64,000 bases of DNA, from positions 930,001 to 994,000 of the forward strand of contig OZ037846.1 in NCBI GenBank assembly GCA_964035575.1, given 5' to 3'. This DNA comes from Rhynchopus sp. YZ270_cl-10. Lineage: Eukaryota. Positions within the stretch are counted from its first letter, which is position 1; each line of letters starts with the position of its first letter. Below the pieces are notes generated by a model. That model was given only the letters and a program-made list of their open reading frames with translations. It was not told the DNA's origin and searched no databases. Shown here one piece after another: positions 56,530 to 64,000 of this stretch. The position numbers and the translations under genes are program-made.

Positions 56530-56794
56530 TGAACAGCCAAGTTTTCAAAAAAAAAAAAAAAAAAAAATAGAACGATTCTGATATTTCCTAACACGCATGC
56601 ATTGCTCTAACAGTTTGTTTCAAAAAAAAAAAAATGTTCCCTTCTTTTTGCCCGGGTAGCTGAGCAAGGCTGGGTCGACATTTTACCAATTTTTTTGTGA
56701 ACGCCCCAGTTTTGTGATCCAAAAAAAAAAAAAAGAAAACAGCTGTTGCGGTGGGGACAGTCGGCTGTTTTTTTTTCTTTTTTTTTCTTTCCTT

Positions 56795-56873
56795 TTTCCA
56801 ATGTATCCCATGTTGCCCCCCTCGCTCTCTCTTCCCCCTGCGATGACAAACGTTTTTCCCATCAAGGGAAAAT
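56795..56873 (+). repeat. About 80-bp dispersed repeat (second copy ~61653-61733)
   Basis: TTTCCAATGTATCCCATGTTGCCCCC...TTTTCCCATCAAGGGAAAATA near-identical in both places. Confidence 0.8.
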
Positions 56874-57245
56874 AAGAAAAAATAAAAAAAAATCCAAGAC
56901 TCCAAAAACAAGACCTTCGTTCCTCATATACAAACGTCTCTCCCCCCCTCCGGTCTTCAACAACACAAGGAGAAATTATTCTTCGGACGAATATTTCAAA
57001 AAAAAATCCCCCACCCCCAACCCCAACCCCAACCCCTACTCATTTGCCCCCTTTAACTACCCTCCTCATATGGCACAAATTTGAATACGACGACAGGAGT
57101 GCCACCTTGCCGTCTCGCCTTCACCGGCCAACCTGTCTTTGATTCAGGCCGCCAGGGGTGCATTGCTCTCTTCCCTCCTCCACCTCCTCCCCCTCCCGTG
57201 AAACGTACCCGAAATCAGACAACAACAGATAACAAGAGAAGTGAA

Positions 57246-59057
57246 ATGCTGATATGCGCGCTGGTGCTGTGCGTGGAAGCTGTGCTGCCTGCGTGCACAG
57301 TTACAACCGATCCGGCGTGTCGGTACGAATTCACGGATACATATGACTTCCAGGGGGCCGACTTCTCAACGGACGGGCTACTGATTGCAACCACAACTTA
57401 CAATGCTAATCCCGTGGTGCGGAGCACACAAGACGGCTCTGTGGTGGCAGTGCTTGCAACTACAGGTACGAGAAGGTCTCTGCGCTTCTCACCCAACGGG
57501 GAGCAGGTTGTAGTTGCATGCGAAAAGAGTGTGCAAGTGTTCAGCACGACAACTTGGCTAGAGCTGCAAAAAATCAACTTTTTTACGAATGTTGTTCAGT
57601 CAGTGGCCTACTCGCACGACAGTACCCGTATCGCTGTGGCCACTGACACTTTCGCCGCAGTGTACACCACCAGCGGGGACCTCGTCGTGAAGTTCACTGA
57701 ACACGGCTTGGGTGGCCAGACGAGCAGTGTTGCCTTCTCTCACGATGATTCGCAAGTTGTGAGTGGCGGAGCGGACTACTCGGCCCGCGTGTGGTCCTCC
57801 ACCACCGCCGCTGAGTTGTTTAAGATGGTACACTGGGGTTATGTGCTTTCAGTTGCGTGGTCGGATGATGGGAAGCAGATTGCGACAGCAAGCTCAGACC
57901 ATAGGGTAAAGCTGTGGAACGCGCTAGATGGATCGGAGATAACAACGTTTTCTTACCCTTCTCCCCCCACCCGTGTTGTGTTTGCGCCGTCCAGTAAGCA
58001 GGTGGCTGTTGGGGTAATAAGCGGAGGGGTTACACAGGGAGTGACGTTGTTCGGAACGGAGCCACCTTACGCACCACAAGCAGTGTACCCTATCGGGGGT
58101 CTTTGCCTTTCCTATTCAAGGCAAGGTGATTTTTTGTCCACGTGTAGTGAGGGTGTTTTCCCACACACAATGACGGTTTGGGACGTGCAGCCCCATTTGG
58201 AAGGTGACTGGACGTCGTCTTGCATTTCAGCAAGCTCGTCGTTCTTGATCAGGCACACTGAGGGTGCTGATACCTTCACTGTCATCGTGGCTGGGGCTGT
58301 CACGGTGGGCACTTTCATTAGCCCTAGCGTTGTTCAGCTTTCTATCGACTCCGCGGACCGCATAGGGGACGTAACGTCCGCGCAAGATGGGCAAAACCCT
58401 CATGATTCCCACATCGAGATTGTCTGGCGTGGCTACGACTGCACCTTCCTCCACAGCGTTCAAAAGCCCTCGCCAAGCTTCACCTTTGAGCCTCTGGAGG
58501 GCCTTTGGCATTCTCCGTGTGTGAAATACGCCGACGGGTCTCCGGGAGATATCACTTTTCTCGCCTTCACTGCTGACGAATTCAAGATTTATGCGCCTTC
58601 CGAAGGCCACTGGAACCCAAACCCGGCATCTGGCCAAAAGCTGGATGCCTACAACATGGTGATGACGATCAGCGGGGCCCCCTATCCAGGCGACATTACG
58701 TACACCCCCGGCACGACAACTATCGAGTTCCCCACCATCCCGTGCACGTTCACACACGAGGTCAGCCTGAACCCTATCCACATTCCAGGCAGTTTTCCAG
58801 AATGGGTTTGGGAGTCGAACTGCGACGCGGTTGTTCTCTCGTACTACGCATCCAGGAAGATCGCGATGTACACACAAAACCTTGTTTTGGCGTATGAAGC
58901 CGTCTTGTCAGGGGCGAATGGAATTTCAAAAACTGTTAACTCTGTGACCACAGAAGGCACTGTGCTCTATGCGAACGACTTGGCGCCAGGTGTGTTCCAG
59001 ATCTCCGCGATCTATTGGGATGATGGGTGTGTGCTGAAGAGGAAGGCTTACTATTGA
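57246..59057 (+). CDS. Putative secreted WD40-repeat protein with three C-terminal ~90-aa repeats
   Basis: Leader MLICALVLCVEAVLPA; WD repeats such as VAFSHDDSQVVSGGADYSARVW and VAWSDDGKQIATASSDHRVKLW; repeats begin LEGDWTSSC, LEGLWHSPC, PEWVWESNC. Confidence 0.85.
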   Translation: MLICALVLCVEAVLPACTVTTDPACRYEFTDTYDFQGADFSTDGLLIATTTYNANPVVRSTQDGSVVAVLATTGTRRSLRFSPNGEQVVVACEKSVQVFSTTTWLELQKINFFTNVVQSVAYSHDSTRIAVATDTFAAVYTTSGDLVVKFTEHGLGGQTSSVAFSHDDSQVVSGGADYSARVWSSTTAAELFKMVHWGYVLSVAWSDDGKQIATASSDHRVKLWNALDGSEITTFSYPSPPTRVVFAPSSKQVAVGVISGGVTQGVTLFGTEPPYAPQAVYPIGGLCLSYSRQGDFLSTCSEGVFPHTMTVWDVQPHLEGDWTSSCISASSSFLIRHTEGADTFTVIVAGAVTVGTFISPSVVQLSIDSADRIGDVTSAQDGQNPHDSHIEIVWRGYDCTFLHSVQKPSPSFTFEPLEGLWHSPCVKYADGSPGDITFLAFTADEFKIYAPSEGHWNPNPASGQKLDAYNMVMTISGAPYPGDITYTPGTTTIEFPTIPCTFTHEVSLNPIHIPGSFPEWVWESNCDAVVLSYYASRKIAMYTQNLVLAYEAVLSGANGISKTVNSVTTEGTVLYANDLAPGVFQISAIYWDDGCVLKRKAYY

Positions 59058-62000
59058 CGAGAATGGGAAAGGTAACGTTTTTTTTTTTTTTTTTTTGAGT
59101 TTTTTTTTTAAACCCAAGTTTTTCGTGTTTAATACTCGTTTTCGTTGTTCTTTGAGCATATCTGCGAAGACAGAAAAGAAATAAAATTGATAAGGATAAG
59201 GACAGACCCTGCTTCGGCAAGCGATTGTCGAAACTGCAACCTGTCTCCATCTTATACGTCCGTTCAAAGCAATTTCCCCCTTTAACTCTTTTTTTTTTTT
59301 TGTTCTTTTCCCTCGGTGAAGGAGGGGGGGGGAGTACCTGTAAGCTCACCATGTTTCAACAGTTGACACTTTCTGTTGCAGCGGCCGCAGGGTACTTTTT
59401 TTTAATAGTAAACACGTAGTATTTGACAAAATGCTCGAGACACCTCGTGAAAAGTCGCGCGTTCTGCGTATCCACCTCCCGCTCGTTTTCCCCATCTCTT
59501 TTCCCCCCTGTGCTCCACAACATTTTCTGTTCTTCAGGCAAACATATTCAAACCGTAAATCTGCGTATTTACCGTTATCAAGTCGAGAAAAGAAAAAGAA
59601 AAAAAAGTCCATACCCACGAGGCGAGCGTTTTGGCAGGCGCTTGTAAGGACAGCCGAAAGACTTGATTCTGAAGCAGAAGTTGTGTGGAAGCGAACAACG
59701 AACAACCTTATTTTTCCCTCTTCCCGTTTTTTAGCCTTTTGAGCAACAAGCAAAGAGTAACGACGTCTCTCGAGCATTTTTGTGCTTTGCATCCTGGAGG
59801 ACGTTGCAAAGAATCGTTCGTTGTACGCAGTGCCGGGCTGCATGACAAATACTTCACTTTTTTTTTTTTTTTTTTTTTTCTATTTTTTACTTTTATTTTA
59901 TTTCTCTTTCTTGTGTGTTTGCTGAGGTTTTCTATCTGATACACAGACAGGATGTGTTGGTATTTGTTTGGATTGGTAGCAATTATTGCACGGAATACTT
60001 TACGTATACACGGCAGCCATCAAGACCAAGACTCTTTAGGTTACTCTTCCTCCTGGTGATCAGACATTACATCCAGTAAGGACAGAGAAAGGAATAAGAA
60101 AAAAGAAAAAAAAAACTTTTGTATTTTGTGTATTCCCGAAACAAAAAACTGAAGTAGAAGGTACCAAATGTTCACACGAACATCGGTTTCACGATATTCA
60201 CCCACCATTTAAAGGGAAATCACTGAAGATGTCCACCCTTTTGAATACAACTGTATGATTCTTAGGACTGAAACAGGGTTAATATCAGAAACCAATCTAC
60301 TGAAGTTTCAACTTGTGCACGAAGCATTTTACTTTTCTTTTCTACGTTTTGCAAAACACACAACATAAAAAGAAAGATGGGACCATTTTTGTTGATCCCT
60401 CACCATATACTATCAATTTATTGATTGCATATGATGAAAATACTTTTTTTTTTTTGGTTCACCCCTTATTTGGCTCCGGTTGCATTTCTCCTATCTCAAC
60501 ATTGATACGTGCCACAGTCATCGAGGGTTGTGTGCGTGTTCACCACAGCCTCTCCCTGATGCCATTGTTGTTGTTATTGTCTTTACTGCTCGTGGGTGGG
60601 ATGGGAGGGTCTACGTCACGTGAAAGGTTCAATTCATTACCGAGAGGGTTGACGGCGGATAATGAAACCACCTCACCTCGCCTCACCTCACCTCCCGGAG
60701 GTGTGGTCTGAGGGGGGGGTGAGGGAAGCGTTACGACCTTTGCAACCTTCCCCAAGTTACCTTTCGCGCTTTTTTTTTATACCCTCCCCCGTTTTAGAAT
60801 CAACAGAGAGTGTACGTTAGGATTTTTTTTAGTTTATAAACTTGCGTTTTCAAAAAATGCTCCTCTTTTTTAATATTTTTGAAACGCGAAAAGGAAGTGC
60901 GACAAAAACAAAAAAAAAAAAGAAAGAACAAATGTGTTCAGTAATATACGTGTACGAAGCTCTCCCGTAACGTACATGCACTTCACTTCCCTCACTGCAC
61001 GTTTGTTTTATTTTGCGTTTGCTTTGTTTTCCCTTCCTCCCTTTCTTAAGCTCTCAGTGCATCGCTTCAATCGCTTTACAATCACCAATATTAAACAACC
61101 ACACGGTGGCCAGGTTGAGCGGGAAAGCGTCAAAAAATTTGACGTTTTTTGGGAGAGCGTACGCTCTCCCAGACGCCCTCCCGCGGGAGAGCAACTCTCA
61201 ACCAGTATTTTCGTCCACTTTTGACGCCCTCCCACATCAAACTGGCCACCGTGCACAGACCCGAGGATTTGCCTCACCTGCAAGCTTTATTATTTTTTCT
61301 CCGATTTCGACCTTCAACTGTGATACGTTTGTAACTAATCTTGCACAAAAAAAAGGGGGGCGAGAGACTCTTGTTGCTAAAGAGGCCACCCACCCCTTTA
61401 CGAATTTCACGTTTGTTGTTGTTGTTGTTGTTGTTGCCCATTGATTTTCTGTTCACTTTTTTTTTTGATCAGAAAGTGCATACTTTTGTCACGCTTTTTT
61501 TTTTTTCCACCTGCATCCACCGCGAGGTGTCTGCACGTTACCAACGTTCCACTGTGCGTATGTCCTTTTCCCTTCCCCCACTCTCTGTAACCTTTTTTAT
61601 GTACGAGCCCTCTTTATGTTTTTCACCCGTAAACCTTTGCGGGTTTGCGGGTTTTCCAATGTATCCCATGTTGCCCCCCCCTCGCTCTCTCCCCCCTGCG
61701 ATGACAAACGTTTTTCCCATCAAGGGAAAATATAAATACAGCAGAGATTGCACAAACTGTGGCAACACAAACCCGAGGCAACTACACTACTCCAACAGTT
61801 TATCAAAAAAATAAGAAAAAAATAAAAAAATCCAAGGCTGGTGCTTTCGGCGACGTGACACGTCTTGTCGGTGACCTGTCGGTGACCTGTCAATATCAGG
61901 GGGGGTCCCTGTGTCAGCGACCTGCAAAACTAAGAAAAACAATACTGAATCAACAAAATGAAATACCCCCCCCTTCTTTATTTATTCGTTGTTTGTTGCT

Positions 62001-62189
62001 TGTTGATCGCATCCATCCGACGAGCGCGTCTTTCATTTCCAGACGTATTGCATACTCGTACAAAAACAAACCACCTCCAACACAAAAAAAAAGCATATAG
62101 TGGAGCACACTCTAGGGTGGCTACACTAATACAACCAAGTTTCCAAAAAAAAACAAAAAAAAACAAACAAGAGCAAACATATTTCAAAA

Positions 62190-62684
62190 CAGGGGCTCCG
62201 CTACCGTATAAAGTTCTGTTGCGGCGCAACAGAAGTCTGAAAATTTTCAAAAAAAAAAAAAAAAAAAAAAAAAAACCATGGTTGAACCACGAGAGTACCA
62301 TGGGGAACTGGGTTGCTGACCGCACCATCCAGGCTGTACCTCAATTTTTTTTTGCCTGCGGCGCCATTTTTCCTTTTTTGCTTCGCAAAAAAGGATTCGA
62401 TGTGTGACTCTGCTGTAAAAAGCTAGATTTTTACACTGTACCCTAAATTTTTTTTCGCCTGCGGCGCCATTTGTTTGATTTTTTTTTTTGCTTCGCAAAA
62501 AAAAAATACAGTTCCCTATGTTCCCAATGTCCCTGCTCAGCAGTGCTGAAAAATTTTTGGGCACAAAAACAGCTGACCCCCCTATTTTGAAATCTGAATC
62601 CCTGGATAAGACACTGGCGCAGGGTGAAAAAAAAAACCCCGCAACAGAACTCAAAAAAAATCTGAAAACGTAGCGGAGGGGCTG
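62190..62684. mobile_element. Non-autonomous hAT-like MITE (495 bp)
   Basis: Imperfect TIR CAGGGGCTCCGCTA / TAGCGGAGGGGCTG; 8-bp TSD TTTCAAAA. Confidence 0.75.
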
Positions 62685-62880
62685 TTTCAAAACAAAAAAA
62701 AAAAAAAAAAAAACAAGAGCACAAATCAAACATAACAAAAATTTCATAAATACCCCATTCAAACACCCCCACTCCCCTTTTACTACCCTCCTCAGCCCTA
62801 AATAACACCCCCCCCCCCACAGAGTAACTCTCTATACCCCTTATTTTTATTTTCTTCCCCACTTTTTTGTTTCAAAAAAC

Positions 62881-63477
62881 ATGGCAGTCCGTGGGTATGT
62901 GGGACTTCTTAAGCTCCCGAAGTTGCGTCTTCCCCCACGAGTCGCAGTCGTGGAGGCGAGCGAACCTGCAGTTATCGCGGTAGCCGACAAGACCGTTCTC
63001 CTCCCACGCCTGACCCTCCCAGTTCGCCAGTACGACAGCGACAGCGATGATGAGTCCCTCTGCCCCGAGCTGCTCCGCTCCCCTCCGTCCTCCCCTAGCA
63101 GTTCTTCGGTGTCCTCTTTGTCTTTCATGGAGCGCGGGATCGCGTCTGCCTGTACTTCTCTTGCAGGGAGCTTGAAGATTTTGGGTGCGTCGTGGAAAGG
63201 AAGCAGTTTTGGGCTTCCATCGAACACCCGTGGACGGAGAAAACGGCCGAAAAGGTACACAAGAAGCTGCAGTAGCAGTACCATTTCAACCAGCACCGCA
63301 AGCAGTACGGATACCAGCAGAACCAGCAGAAGCAGCAGCAGTGGGAGCAGTAGCAGCAGTGCGAGCACCGCGATGGTGAAGCTGTCGCGTGTGTCCTCCT
63401 ATTCATCAAACGCAACTGATACTTCGACAGCGTCGTCCTCTTCACTCGCCTCTTCGCTGGCCCCATGCGAGCTCTAA
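62881..63477 (+). CDS. Hypothetical Ser-rich protein (198 aa)
   Basis: ATG-initiated GC-rich ORF in AT-rich context; low complexity. Confidence 0.55.
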   Translation: MAVRGYVGLLKLPKLRLPPRVAVVEASEPAVIAVADKTVLLPRLTLPVRQYDSDSDDESLCPELLRSPPSSPSSSSVSSLSFMERGIASACTSLAGSLKILGASWKGSSFGLPSNTRGRRKRPKRYTRSCSSSTISTSTASSTDTSRTSRSSSSGSSSSSASTAMVKLSRVSSYSSNATDTSTASSSSLASSLAPCEL

Positions 63478-64000
63478 CAACCTACAGCAGTGTGAGGGGG
63501 GGAAAAAAACGCTCTCTAAAAAGTTGTTTGAAAAGAAGAGAAAAAAAAAACTGTCCATACCGATTAAGTACAAAGCCTTCGGGCGACATTGTGTACAGAT
63601 CCTACCTCGGTAGGTGATTGTCGATACAACAAAAAAAAGAAACAGAGTTTTTAAGGAGCTTTAAAAGGTCTGGGAGGGGGGAGGGGGGGGGAGGGGATAT
63701 GGAAGGCATTACACGAATGGTTCCTGAGGGGAGGGGGGGTTTTTTTTTTGAATCATTGATAGGTGTAGAGACACCTCGCTTTTTTCGTGTGAGATCTACA
63801 CTTTTTTGCTTTTTGGTGTGTGGTCTGGGGCAAGGGTGTTCCACATAGCCTTTATTAGGGCTGCTCGGACCCTTGTGTTTTGATTTTGTTTTCTTTTTTC
63901 TTAAAGTGCCAAGTGAAGACTGTCTTGTGTGATAGCACTAAGTTAACAGACTATAAAAAAGTTGTCTATACCTTCCGTGGTACAAAAAGGTTTCGGCCAA

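Noticed and set aside
57009..57036. (CCCCAA)3 telomere-like run
   Set aside because: Too short, internal, and in a C-rich tract

Overview
Eukaryotic genomic DNA, most likely a euglenozoan (diplonemid-like) protist. This is an inference from the co-oriented, almost intron-less genes, the C/A-rich tracts ending in CAG upstream of genes, and the cyclase architecture. Positions 1-21.1 kb hold a tandem array of six 6-TM class III adenylate cyclases, each with one intact and one degenerate cyclase domain, interrupted by a ubiquitin-like/WD40/CaaX gene. Further downstream are a FYVE protein, a divergent actin-like protein, two paralogous secreted Cys-rich proteins, an RBBP4/MSI1-like gene with one GT-AG intron, a vWA-CaaX protein, a signal-peptide WD40 protein with three C-terminal repeats, and three short hypothetical ORFs. 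Every credible gene is on the + strand. Intergenic DNA is rich in non-autonomous DNA transposons with readable TIRs and TSDs (8-bp, 7-bp, 5-bp and TA), dispersed short hairpin modules, an 18-bp minisatellite and a (TTTTC)n tract. No transposase, rRNA, tRNA or CRISPR array was seen. Starts are given at the first in-frame ATG, and repeat boundaries were read by eye.
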